Source of the DNA: Antedon mediterranea
Lineage: Eukaryota; Animalia; Echinodermata
NCBI RefSeq assembly: GCF_964355755.1
Contig: NC_092673.1
Location: 20,705,648 to 20,769,647, forward strand
Direction: 5' to 3'
DNA length: 64,000 nucleotides
Below are positions 37,479-50,692 of this stretch, piece after piece. Within the stretch, counting starts at the first letter, position 1. The number at the start of each line of letters is the position of its first letter. A program made the position numbers and the translations under genes. The notes under the pieces were generated by a model, which worked only from the letters and a program-made list of their open reading frames with translations, had not been told where the DNA came from and searched no databases.

Positions 37479-39602
37479 TAATCCACATACTAACGTAATA
37501 CTGTACTTAAACTTGAGAAACAAAAGTTTGGTAATTGTGTCGAATTCAACGAGGGCATTAAACTACTTAAATGGTGGCGGTTTACTGCTCATTTAGAACA
37601 ATGTAATTAATCGTTAATCTAAATAGTTTTTAGACAGATATTATACCACAAAGTAAACAATCTACCTCGTATATACGCATGTATACTCTAATCGATCACG
37701 CATTGGTCGCCCCAGACGCATTAAAGTCAAAATCTGTAAACTATTTACAATAGCACTGAATTAGTACAATTACAAAAAAGAAAACATATGTCCCATGTGC
37801 TTAGAATTGCCTGTGATTTACGCGCCAAATTACATAAGTAATTTATTGCAATACCTTACTTCAATTAATAAGTGTTGCAGTTTTAGTTAAAGAGGATATA
37901 TTTTGCGCGGTGATTAACCCTATACAGACCAAGAAATTAGGTCAAGGGTTGGCTACAAAATTGCAACAGGTTTTTTTATTGTAAGTTAATTTATTTTATA
38001 GAATACGAATTCGATAAACATTTTAATATAGGGCTACCTAATTGCATTGCATTGCTTAAAATCTGAAGACTCATGCGCAAAGAGATGTCAAACGAACTTT
38101 AATTTAGATAAAAAGGCCCATAACTTTTCGCTGAATTGACCACTTTTGAAATGTGACCCTTAAATAAAAATTATAGAATGCAGTACTTCATTTTAAGATC
38201 GAGTGATTATAGGCCTATAGTATATTTAAATATAAAGATAAAAGCGTCTCATACAAGCTTGACTATTCAAGAGAACGGAAGCATTCAGTTACCATGCGGT
38301 AGGCCTACCTTATAGTTACGGCTACAAAAATGGGTAATTGCAAACTCAAACTGGGCATGCGCACACCCCAAAGCACGTCTGGAAAAAAAGGTTATGAAAA
38401 CATTTGCTGATAAATATTGAGGTGTATGTAGACGGTAGTGAGATGAGCGGCGTTTTTTGTAAGAAATATTTCTTGTTTGTTATAACGTTCTTGCTATCCC
38501 GTTTTCACTGGCTTATTGTTTGTTAACCCTTTTCCCTAGTTTCATAATAATGGTCTTCTCACATTTACATAATACTTAAACTGCACAAAGTATGGCAGTG
38601 CGTTATTGAATTTAACGAATACGTCTTGATCCGAGTCTGATATTGATTTAATTTATCCAATATTTAGTTTTTTAAATAGGTAGTTACATGTTTAGCATGT
38701 TTAAAACCTAAACGTGTTTATACCTACATATTGTTTTCCTCCACTTGTTTAGCAGTGTTAGTCAAAATGTTTAGGTACGTGTTTAGCATTTGCGTGCAAA
38801 CGATTTTACTGTGGCGAAAAAAAAAGCTCCACACATGAGCTCCACACATGGCAAATTAAACACGTTTACAACCTAAGCGTGTCTTTATATTGCTCCACAT
38901 GTTTGACAATCAACACGTCACTGATGTGTTGAGTTGGATACAGATTACATGTTTAGAATGAAGTTAAAACCTAAACCTAAAAAGTGGGTACAAAATACAC
39001 GTTTAAGATAACACTATTTTCACAGTAATCATTGATCTGAACATACCTATACATTATAACATAATTAAATAATGTAATAATAATAATTAATGTAATTGTT
39101 GTAGATCAATAATTTAGATAGTTGTTAACATAACCATAGGAAAATAAGAACTATAAGCCCTATCAACGATGCTGAATCCAAAAAAAGAAAAATTGTCAAT
39201 ATATCGATCATAAATCAAGTAATACGTCAAACAAAGTAGCGCCGGCTCACCTGTCAAAGCACACCTTAGAAATTAACAATTACCGCATGGCGTGGAAGGA
39301 AACAACAATCCATTGTGAATGCACAAGAAAATTGAAAATGCATTTTGATTGCGTTAATGATTTGGCAAAGAGGTGACGCACTTGTTGTGTGTTTCACAAA
39401 CACAGTCAACAATGGCATACCGACACGTGAAGCTCATCACGCACAATTCAAGACTCAGTCCTCCGTTTGTCAACACACCACGTGTGCTTTAATAGAACGG
39501 GGAATATTTCGTTCTATTTCTATGTCATTCAACCAATTCTGATTATTTAATAAAAAAAATTAATCATTTGAAATAATACTGGAAGATTTAACAAAGGACT
39601 AT

Positions 39603-40111
39603 TGACGAGTTACTATCCATGTTTGACGAGTTACCGTCCATGTTTGACGCGTTACCGTCTATGTTTGACGAGTTACCGTCCATGTTTGACGAGTTACCAT
39701 CCATGGTGACGAGTTACCGTCCATGTTTGTGATGAGTCACCGTCCATGTTTGACGAGTTACCGTCCATGCTTGACGAGTCACCATCCATGTTGACAAGTT
39801 TATTGAGAATCGCGTTTTATAACTTATGCGTTTAGGCTAACAAAAAGAAAGAGAGGAAAATTACGATTATTAGAACCAATATAATCATGTTTGTGGCGAG
39901 TTATTACCATCCATTTGACGAGTTCATTGATGATCTCGTTTTATACAAAAAGAAATATAGGTAAATGACGATTATTAGAACCAATATAATCATGTTTGTG
40001 GCGAGTTATACCATCATCCATTTGACGAGTTCATTGATGATCTCGTTTTATAACTTATGCGTTTAACAAAAAGAGGAGAGGAAAATGACGATTATTAGAA
40101 CCAATATAATC
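39603..40111. repeat. 21-bp tandem repeat (TGACGAGTTACCGTCCATGTT, about 9 copies) followed by three roughly 105-120 bp units
   Basis: Direct inspection; the larger units share ACGATTATTAGAACCAATATAATCA. Confidence 0.85.
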
Positions 40112-43100
40112 AATCTGTCCAACAATGTAGGGCCTAAAATGGAAATTGTCTTGAAAAATAATTGAGGCTTGACGTAATACAAAACATAGAGAGTATTAGC
40201 ACACCCGTGTGCTCGTTGTTTTTGTTTGGCCTAATGTCCATTTTATGATTTCGATTTTATTTTCAAAGGTAGGCATACAATCTGTTTTCATTAAACAATT
40301 TACTAAATATCTTATCTTTAAAATGAACACAATAACTTTTGCATTAAATAAAGATCAAGTGTTTTGTTAAAAATCGTTTCCTGATCCGGCGATCTGATTG
40401 GCAAGAAAAAGTGGTTATAAACTATTGAAAGATGTATACATTCGAAACGCATGATTGACGCTCAGGTGTTCTGACATAAAACACAAAAGACACCATCTTT
40501 ATTGGTGATTGATGTCTATCAAGTATGAGAATGTCTTGTTCAGGGCTTATCTTTTCGATAGCAACCTGATCAAGCCTTTCAACACCTTTTTGCGCATGTG
40601 TCAAGAATTAATTCTGAGGGACGAGATTTTTCAAATGTTGTTTAGCGACCTCAACGGTAAGAAAGTACTTAGTTTCTGTATCCACTCCATAAAAATTACC
40701 AGCTTAATACAGATTAATTTTAATGTTCAATGTTATTAAATAAAACCACAACATAACCTCACATAAGGGAAACTTTACCTTAAATGGTTTGTTTTAGACT
40801 CCCTGGTGAATTTACTCTCCTTCATTTTGAATTTAATACAACAACGGTGTTTTAATTGTGTCGAAATGCAATCAAAATTCCCAGGCTTTGTGCTCGTATT
40901 TTTCTGTGAAGGGATAGGTCCCTGGGGATAGAGAGGGCGGAAGGCCAGCGTCCAAGGGGACTGAAACCACTCATTAGATCGGAAGTTAAACTTGACAGCT
41001 ATCCTGAGTAGTGTGAATTTAAGGAAATGATGATAATTTGAAGGGCTGACATAATGTTGGATTTGACAACTCAATGATAGCTGACAGTCGCTGGGTTCAA
41101 GTCTAGGAATGTAAAAAATTAGCCCTACCTGTACACCTTCTGTAAACCGCTAGTAGCAGTATGCGTCAGAGGTAGCATTTGGCCTAAGAACTATATAACA
41201 CTGTTTTGGTCGCTTTGGGAGATCAGCAGAAACGCGTTAGTATGGACTGACTTGTTTGAATTTGGTTTACATTGTTAAATACGTGTTTTAACCTAAGCAA
41301 TATCACTAATAATGCGTAAGAATAATAGGTCTACAATTTGAAACAGATCATTTATACGCTGGTCATCGGCATTGAATCAAGAAGTTAAACACAAACACAA
41401 TGGACACTCCGATTCCGAAACTAGTATCGTACATTTGAATAGACAGTGAAGAACCAAGACTGAGAATTGCATGCTTCTCAAGTATACGCATCAACAATTT
41501 TTGTATATTCTGCAAAATAATCTGTAGTAACTTACAAACACTGTATACCATTTATCAAAGAACAAATACGATCCATAGGCCTACATTATTTTAGTTATTT
41601 TATAATTTTTTTAAAAAGTGTTGGTAGTCATCAAATCTGGATGCCTTAACAATGGTTAATATATGAAATATTTCTCATCTATTCTGATCAGAATTATGTT
41701 ACAGAATGTCCCCGATAAAATTCACCTTTTAAAGGAAATATATCAACGACCTACATAATGTTAAACGTACACATTTTACATGTGGTTTTTTTTAATCGCG
41801 CCCTTTATGTCAACCGTGGTAATTTTAACTTATAACGAAATTTCTGTTAAAAGCTTATTTCTCATTAAAAAGAGGATGCATATTCTCAGAAGTCAGTGGG
41901 TGGCTTTTTAATTATTCATCGATATCCATTGGTAATGTTAAAAGTAAAGTTTTGTTGACGTATGCATAGTTTTTCGCAAGGACAATGTGAATTAACCTCA
42001 GTATCTTTTGGCATAAAAATGATGAAGTCCCGGTTGGAGATCAAACGTTTAGGAAAAGTGCAGAGGACTCTAAAGGATTCGTTCGTTTTATTACTCATGA
42101 TACAGTAGTATTACTATTAGTAGTAGGCCTATTGGTGCAGTAATTTAATTTCAGAATCCGAGATTGGGAATTGTGAACGAGAAAAAGGTAGACAGAAGAA
42201 AAAATATTTTAATTATGAGTTAGGCTAAAGTAATTCTTCCAATTCCTTGTGAGGAAAACTGCAAAACAAAACAAATTTGTTTTCTTAATTGATCAATAGT
42301 GTTTTAGCACGGTTATATGATCTTATAATTACCAATTAAATTGTTTGCAGAATTCCATTATTGATTAAAAAGTACATTTATTAAAAACGCCAATTATGCC
42401 TTTTCCGAAGGTTGCCGGGTAACTCTTCTTAATAATAAACATTTCTTCGAAAAAAAGTTCCAGTTGCGGCTATGTCTAGAAGGAAAACACATTTTAGAAA
42501 ATTATAAGTTGTATTACTGTTTGTGGTTATCAAACATGCGAATTGTTCACCGAAATTGTATCCGTTTGATGACTCTAGGCAAGAAGCGCGCCATTGATGA
42601 GCGGCGCGTGACCGCCCAAAATCATTTGTAATTAAGCAGAGAGGGGAACTTGTAATTTATCAACAAACACGTGTTAATGATATTAATTGGTAATTATATA
42701 CAAAATCATAGACAATAACAATTTATATGCTTCGTCACGTTTTACAATTGTACAGAACAACTACTGTGGTTGATACACGCCCTAAAAGATTGCCTCTAAC
42801 TTTGTCTTGTATGGTCTAACTTACAGTTGCAAAATGCTATGGTATTCAATTTAAACGTATATTCATTGTATGGTCTTATTGTAATTCAACTTCAAAGAGA
42901 TTCGTTGTCCTATGGTAGGTAACGTAGTGCAAACTTTCTAAGCCAACGCTTTAAAAAAACACAAGTAAAGGCAAATTTACACAGAGCAGAGGTAACAGTA
43001 ATAGGACTACAAAGAATCTATATAGAATCTATATTTATTCATTATTTACACAACACACAACGCGGAGCGGACGGGCGATTTCCGCTCAGGAGAGATACAG

Positions 43101-43264
43101 ATTTCACGTGGGACAACAAGCTATGCGGTTTTCCGCTTACCGTTACATCTCGTCTGTGTAAATTGTGTTTGGTCCCTTTCGTACAAATACTTCACAGACA
43201 GAAAATAGTGTTTATTTTCCAAATCAATATAAAACAAGATTTAGTTAATTTATATGCCTCAGTA

Positions 43265-44492
43265 CAGTGGCGTATCCAGTAGGGGGGCCGGGGGGGCCCG
43301 GGCCCCCCCTGATTTCGTTTCCGTCGGCACATCATCGCGGCCGTCGGCAAACAAAGGTGCCGGGGAAAAAAATAAACTATTTATTCTGACAATAATTGAA
43401 GTGTAAACATAATTCTTTTGAGTGTTTGTTTATTTACATATCATATCATCATTGATCCCTTCAGATCAACTATTTTTTATTTTCATTACATCTAACGAAA
43501 CACGTTAAAAATGTGTAGCACGTACGTACGGCCGTACGCGGTAGATTGTTTACTCAAAAGTCTTTGACCTGCAGTTGAGCCTCTCATGACCTGAGATTTG
43601 TATGTCTTCCTACGCTAAGAGATTATATAGTTCCACATGCCATGTGCTTTTTTGTCTAAGATATATTTATTATAAGTGCCAAAAACCCGGTTTTTTTCTC
43701 GATATGAGGCCTTTATTATTCAAAATTTTTAAAGAAAAAGGACATATACCATAAGAAATATCCATGTATTTCATTTTTGGAACAGAATATTCTGTGAGGC
43801 TCAACTACAAAACCACCATTTTGTGATATGATGTCATCGTAAGCCAATCAAAGCTGAGCTTTCTCGCGATTGGCATTGCTCACGGTTGAATGATTTAGGA
43901 TTCTAGCTGATTTGATTGGTGGATGCGAATCACCCGCAGCGGAATGTTTTCTCTCGCGCGTGTACCATGAATCTCTGATCGTTACTACACAAAGTTAGAG
44001 CAATGAATTTGTCCGAATTCCGTTAAGTAAACAACTTTATATATTTTATAAGCATTTAATAACATGTTTTATTGATATTTCCAATGGTGATATATAAAAT
44101 AAATTACTAAAAAACGTAATTATATGTAATTATTTTAACCAAAAATGGCATAGTTAATAGAATTGTCGACTGAGGCCGCAAATTGTTTTACTTCTTTCGT
44201 GGCTAAAAACGATCATTTTCGGCGATGTTTTAGACCCTATATTTCGAAAACTACAAGTCAGATTTTCCTAATTCTTTCTTTATTGTAATATGAATACAAC
44301 ATACTAACAGATAATGTTGGTTTGGTTTTAATTTTGCATCGTTATCTTATCCCATATAAGACAATATGACTATGTAATCCTAGAACATATATTGATCAGA
44401 GACGTCGTGTATGTACAGATAATGACACCAATTTTGTCGGCAAATTGGCAATTCCCGGCCCCCCCAACTTCAAAATCCTGGATACGCCACTG
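43265..44492. mobile_element. Non-autonomous hAT element
   Basis: Perfect 15-bp TIR CAGTGGCGTATCCAG; perfect 8-bp TSD CCTCAGTA. Confidence 0.92.
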
Positions 44493-45190
44493 CCTCAGTA
44501 TATATACAAATGTAATGTCAAACGCTGGAGAAAATAAATAGGGCACGATGCAGACTAATAAATTCCAATGAGATTTAAACGAATAATTAAGGTTATGATG
44601 ATTAACCTGTAGAAAAAGAAAGTTGGTTTTTCTTCGATTAACAAACATAACGAAAAATAACAATCCTCACACGTTTACAAAATAATGTACGAGAAGTTTA
44701 AACAACTGTGTTTATCAATTTAGAAATATATTAAACACATACATGTTGTTATAAGGGTAAAAAAAAAGAAATTGATTCAGAATATGTGATAAAACCGCAC
44801 ATTACCGTATGTTCCCAAGATAAACTAATAAAATATAAACTAGATTTTAATTCGTCATTTTGACAAATTAGGCTTACAAGTGATAGAGACAACCGGTACA
44901 CACACACACACATCTTACCCACGCAAAAGCAACACGCACGTAATGTTAAAATATAAGCGCACTGCAGAATGTAGACGTTAATGTGTTCGTGCGAATAGAA
45001 AGCGTCATCTTATACGCATGCGTATGTTTCTATCTTCCAAATCCGTTTCTACGCATGCGTATAAGCTGACGCTTTAGATTCGCGAGAACCAATTCAATTA
45101 TTGGAAAATAGGCGTTATACCCTGCTGAAGCATAGTATATGTTGCATACACCACGAAACCAACGGGATCCGTAATTATAATTCAAATTAT

Positions 45191-45486
45191 TTAAAGATTT
45201 ATTGTCCCCCAAAAACATGAAAAGTGAAGATTAATTAAATTGAATCAGACTTTGAATATGTTAATTTGTAATTTTAATCAAGTTAATCACTTCTGTAGAA
45301 AATGATGTTTCCACTTTTAAAATAAATGGTTAAATATAACCAAAAACCCATTGGCTGCCAGCCAATTTGACTATTTTTTTGCTTTAAATTATACGGTTTT
45401 TTCAGGTAAAATTACATTTTTGGATCAAATTTGTTCGTCAACGTGTGTTAAAAAATTATTTTTTCGGAGGTACAATATATCTTTAA
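45191..45486. mobile_element. TTAA-flanked Kolobok-like MITE
   Basis: TTAAAGATTTATTGTCCCC...GGTACAATATATCTTTAA. Confidence 0.65.
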
Positions 45487-45814
45487 ACGATGATTTCCAA
45501 CATATCTCTTGATACCACGATCTAATGACGACGTCACAACAGGTAAGATAAATTCAGCAGATGTCATTATTTAGAGAAACGCATTTCAACATATTATGTA
45601 CTTTGTTGACCTATTGTATCTTTATACTGTTATCCAATTGTTTAAAAGTATTAAAACAGGCTACTATGTATAAGTATATATATATATATAAATCCAAAGG
45701 CAAATTACTGAAAAAATGACAATGCTGTGGGTATCAGTGGCTGGATCTCAATGGAGATACAAAAATAAAAAGCGAAAAGCTAAATCAAAACGATAAAGTA
45801 AACAGCCAGAAAAG

Positions 45815-45856
45815 TTAGCAGAGCTTTCGGGCAACACTAGCCCTTCATCAGTGCAA
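45815..45856 (-). ncRNA. Minimal type I hammerhead ribozyme, copy B
   Basis: GCA-CTGATGA-A-GGGC(TAGTGTT)GCCC-GAAA-GC-TC-TGC: intact core, stem I GCA/TGC, stem II, palindromic AGCT stem III. Confidence 0.85.
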
Positions 45857-46085
45857 GTGAGGGAATTTGGATAAATTCATAGCATATGAGTTGGCAAGTA
45901 CTGCCTGGGTGGACAGGAATAAAAGAAATATAACAATAGAAACAGCGTGTTGAATAGTGGGTGGAGACTGAATAAGAGTAGAAAACAATGCAGGTAGCTT
46001 GGTAGAGATATAAACAATTTTGGAATGGAACTAAAAAAGCTAAAATGGTGGTTAATATTGAAACTTAAATTTTGGTAGTCAATGG

Positions 46086-46125
<40 letters not shown>

Positions 46126-46244
46126 CCAAAGGCAAATTACTGAAAAAATGACAATGCTGTGGGTATCAGTGGCTGGATCTCAATGGAGATACAAAATAAA
46201 AGCGAATAGCTAAATCAAAACGAGAAGTAAAACAGCCAGAAAAG

Positions 46245-46286
46245 TTAGCAGAGCTTTCGGGCAACACTAGCCCTTCATCAGTGCAA
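46245..46286 (-). ncRNA. Minimal type I hammerhead ribozyme, copy A
   Basis: Identical to copy B, 430 nt away. Confidence 0.85.
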
Positions 46287-49200
46287 GTGAAAGAATTTGG
46301 ATAACATCATAGTATAAAGCTGGCAAGTGCTGCCTGGGTGGACAGGAATAAAAGAAATATAACAAAGGGAGACAGGGAGGAGTCTCAATAAGAGTAGAAA
46401 ACAAAGAAGGTAGCTTGGTAGAGATATAAACAATTTTGGAATGAGACTAAAAAACAGATTAAATGGTGGTTAATATTGAAACTTAAATGTTGGTAGTCAA
46501 TGGAATAATTTTACCGATCTGGGAGTATGTTCCTAATGTTAAGTCCAAAAGGTTTTGTGGTTTTAAGTTGTAATTCCCAGTGGTTTTCCTTGTCTTTGCG
46601 AGTTTTGTCGCTCCCTTTGACATCGTGGTCTATTGCAATAACTCTGAAATTTGCAATCGAGTGACCAGCTGAATTAAAATGTTCGGCTACAGGTTGATCA
46701 AGCTTTAATGTTTTGATAGCTGATCTATGTTGTGTCATTCTCATACGGAGAGTGTTTTTTGTTTCTCCGACGTACTGTTTGCCACAAACATTACAGTATA
46801 TGAGATAAATGACGTTTTTGGTAAGACAATTAATTGATTGTCTTATCCGAAAAATGCGGCCAGTTTGGTTACTCTTAAATTTTTTAGTAGAATCAACCAA
46901 TGAACAAGTTTTGCAAGACAGGTGATTGCCCAAATTTTGGCTGTCATGAGAGTTAATTTCACTCTTAAATTTTGATCTGACTAATATATCACGATGGTTG
47001 GGAGGTCTACGAAATGCAATAATGGGTGGTTCCGGAAAAACAGTTCTGAGACATTCTGTGGACTGTAGAATGGGCATATGTTTCTCAATAATAGCCCGTA
47101 ATGGAGGCAACCTAGGGTGATAGGTTGTGACCAATGGCACTCTGGTCGAATTTTGACTTACGTGGTTTGTACGTCAGTGTTTGACATCGAGGAATATCTT
47201 TTGCTTTCTTTATAGCAGTTTCGATGTATTCCTTCTTGTAATTTTTATTCCGGAGATGTCCGGTTAGTTCTTCGGTACGATTCTGAAAATCTAAATCTGA
47301 AGAACAGATGCGTATGATACGTAATGCTTGACTGTACGGTATGTTTTTAGTACAGTGTCGGGGATGACAACTGCTAGGGAGCAGGTACATATTTTTATCC
47401 GTGGGTTTAAGGAATAGGTCAGTTTTGAGTGTAACATTTTCTATGGTCACTATAGTGTCCAAAAAATCAACGCTACTAGTGGATGTGGTAGCTGTGAATT
47501 TGATAGTTGGGTGGGCTGAATTAATATTGAGAAGAAAAGATTCCAAATTATCTTCACCATGGGTCCAGATCATGAAGATATCGTCAATATTATATATATA
47601 TATTATTTTTTTTCATTTTGTAAGTAAGTTAATCAATAGTGACCTATTGTATATATTTATTTGTTAGTTATCCCATTGTTTTAAAGTATTTATTCAAGTG
47701 TATACAATTACTACATTGTATTCGGTTTTTATTTTTTTATTTTTCTTAATTTTTTTTGTTTTGTTTTTTTGTTTTCATTTTGTTCATGATGATTTGTCAT
47801 GTTTACCTGCAATTATTTAAGTTTAATCATCATTTACCTTTTATATTTTGCTGTTTATATTTGTATTTCCAATAAAATACTGAAATAGAGAGATCAACGG
47901 CACTGACGGAAGTCCATTTACCAAGAAGGTGGGCGATAGTCAGTGAAGGTGATGGTCAGTGAAGGGGAATTAACCATGCAATGATATAAGGATATTTGGC
48001 TGGCACTTTCAAGAATATAAAAATTAAAACTATTTAATTTGAGAAACCTTAAAAACCACATAAAAAGTTACCGTACTTAAAATATAAGAGAATTGCAATC
48101 AGATTACCCGCCACATAATTATAGACTGGTTATTGATGGATATTACCAATTATGATTAATATGATGGACATCAATGGCGTCTTTCAAACTGTAAAATTCG
48201 AGATATTTATCAGTTGGACTGGATAATGTCATATTCCGTCGTCACAGATCTTAATTTATTTCCTAAAAGCACTTCATTAAAGTTCAAATGAATTCTTGTT
48301 TAACTTTGTAGTCTTTAGAACTTTTGGGAGGATGATTACTTGATTTGGCTTATTTTGTCAAATTTTGCGTTGGTTTTTCGGAGCTTGTTGCCTTCACGTA
48401 TCTCGTTGTCATCACCCATTTCCTTCCATGACATTTTCGTCACAAAAACTACCCTGCGCGTCAAGGAAAACCCCTCCATTTTCACATTAATTTGTATTTT
48501 ATAGTAAATTGCATGCAAATTATATATAGCACGGCCCTATAGTGTCTTGCCTGATTAAAACGTTAACGTATCGATTTACGCCTACATTCACGTGACGGCG
48601 ACAATATGCGTAACTGTTTAGTGTACATGTGATAGTACACCTTTCTTATTCAATGTTGTTACTACTACCTGTACATTAAAATATTTGGTAGGCCTATATT
48701 ATATATTATTATTATATACTCAGAATGACAATACCATCATACGATTAATAACTGCTGTGGCCACTGTACTGCCTCACTCTGCTGTACAACAACCCCACAA
48801 TTGGGTCTGGAATAGTACTGCTTTCCATTCCAGGTGTGATTATGCGCTCCAGCACAGTCTTACGAATAATCATATTTTGTATACATAGCCTAATTAAAGT
48901 AAAAACTCATTAAATTGACATTGAGAATGAGGCACTATTGACAATAATTGTCAATTTCTTATATAAAGTGATAATTTGTCGAAACAATTGCTATTTAATT
49001 ATACACGTGTGTTTCTTAATTTTATAAAACAAACTTGTTCTTTTTTTTATTTATGTTTTCGTGTATGAAACAATGAATTCATTATATTATTTTTGGACCT
49101 TTTCAAATTATAGAGGGCGAATTTTTCACTTTCCACAGTAAAATGAGGCAAAATGAAACTTGCAAACGTTGATCATTTTATGCTATACCCTTACACACAC

Positions 49201-50550
49201 CAATCTTGCTTGTATTTTGTATTTTAAACGATGCATTTTATTTTTATTTTAAACATGTTTTATCTGCATTTTACCACATTTTAACGTTTTTAACTCATTT
49301 TTATATTTTTATGTGAATGTTTAACTTTCAACAAACGAAAATAAGAGTGTTCTTTCAAACCATGTACATATTTTACTGTGTAAATAAATAAATGAATACT
49401 GTATACTGATAATGGTTTCGTTATGACTTGATATAATCATAAGACATTATAACTCCATAACTATAATATCTCTATGATATAATTGATTGAAATATGTATT
49501 TTTAAGAACATGTCTATCATGTACAATGTAGGATATGAAGATTTATAAATCTAGCTCGCTGGCTCCGTAATAACAACTAACGTCTCAGTGTGTCCAGATA
49601 GTCTGTCGTCAAAAGCTAACCTCCAACGCAATGTCGTCAAATGGATCCGATGGCGCAATCACGTGCGGGAATCATGGCGCAATCACGTGCACAGGAAACG
49701 GACTGTCAAAATAAAGAACACAATCGAACAGAAACATATAAAAACTTCACAAGTACTGACTCTTTTTGATATTTTATTTCATTAGGCTAGCATCCTGAAT
49801 ATAGGCCTACAAGAATAATTATAGTAGTAATACTGTGTTGGAACCGACCGGTCGCCGGGTCAGTTTTTTCTCTTTCTACAAACACTATTTTCCCGATGGC
49901 TTTTCTTATTTAAAAAGCAATATATACATATGAATAAATTAACTACGTACACACATATTTAAATTTGGTAATTACATTATTACCCTGAAATATCTACTGC
50001 TTATACAAACATTTAGCAGCAGAATAAACGTTTTTTATATAAAAGATTAATTTTCTATACATATAATACATATCTAATTTTATTCTATTTTTTTATTTTT
50101 ACTTAAATAGCCTATAAGTAAAACTAAATTGTATATTTCAGATTAAAAATGCATTTTTCATCATTTTTAGTCGTATACGATATAAATTATTTAAGTTGCG
50201 TTGGGACTATGTTTAGTGGTGGTATGCATTTTGTACGCGTGCGTAAACTTTGTCTTAGATTACAGATAACTTAAGACTAACTTAAAATTAACTTTCAAAT
50301 TCAAACTAACCAGCATTAACATATGAAGGTATTACATGAAGTGATGGATTTAACATTAATACATGAGTAATGAGCATAATGATAAATGCATGATTACACT
50401 AAGGAAATTGAAACTTTTGAAACTTAATATTACGATTCTTAAACCTAAAGTAATGCCATAACAGGCATGTTAATAATGCCATTAAAGATATTATATTATT
50501 GTAACAATAAAGTTGTTGGTTCCCATTGGTAGTAAATATTGACTACACTA

Positions 50551-50692
50551 AGCTCTGTCTACACTATCAAATTTTATGTGATGTGCCCATAATTATATGA
50601 ACATGATGATGTCATGTGACTACCATATTTGGATAAATCAATGCCATATATCACTTTTTTTGTCAAACTAGTTTGATAGTGTAGACAGAGTT
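50551..50692. mobile_element. Harbinger-like MITE copy
   Basis: Same TIR family; more degenerate copies at 34678-34765, 55580-55714 and 60150-60282. Confidence 0.85.

Larger units (their letters stand above)
45689..47590 (-). mobile_element. 5'-truncated Penelope-like (Neptune-like) retroelement with duplicated 3' end (pLTR-like, about 400 bp x2)
   Basis: ORF remnants 47573-46511: (Y)IDDIFMIW, HPTIKFT, FLDT, RKPTDK-type motif, CKTC, VIYLIYC..CGKQYVGET (GIY-YIG), PFGLN. 3' repeats 46121-46510 and 45689-46090 are separated and flanked by (TA)n. Confidence 0.93.
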
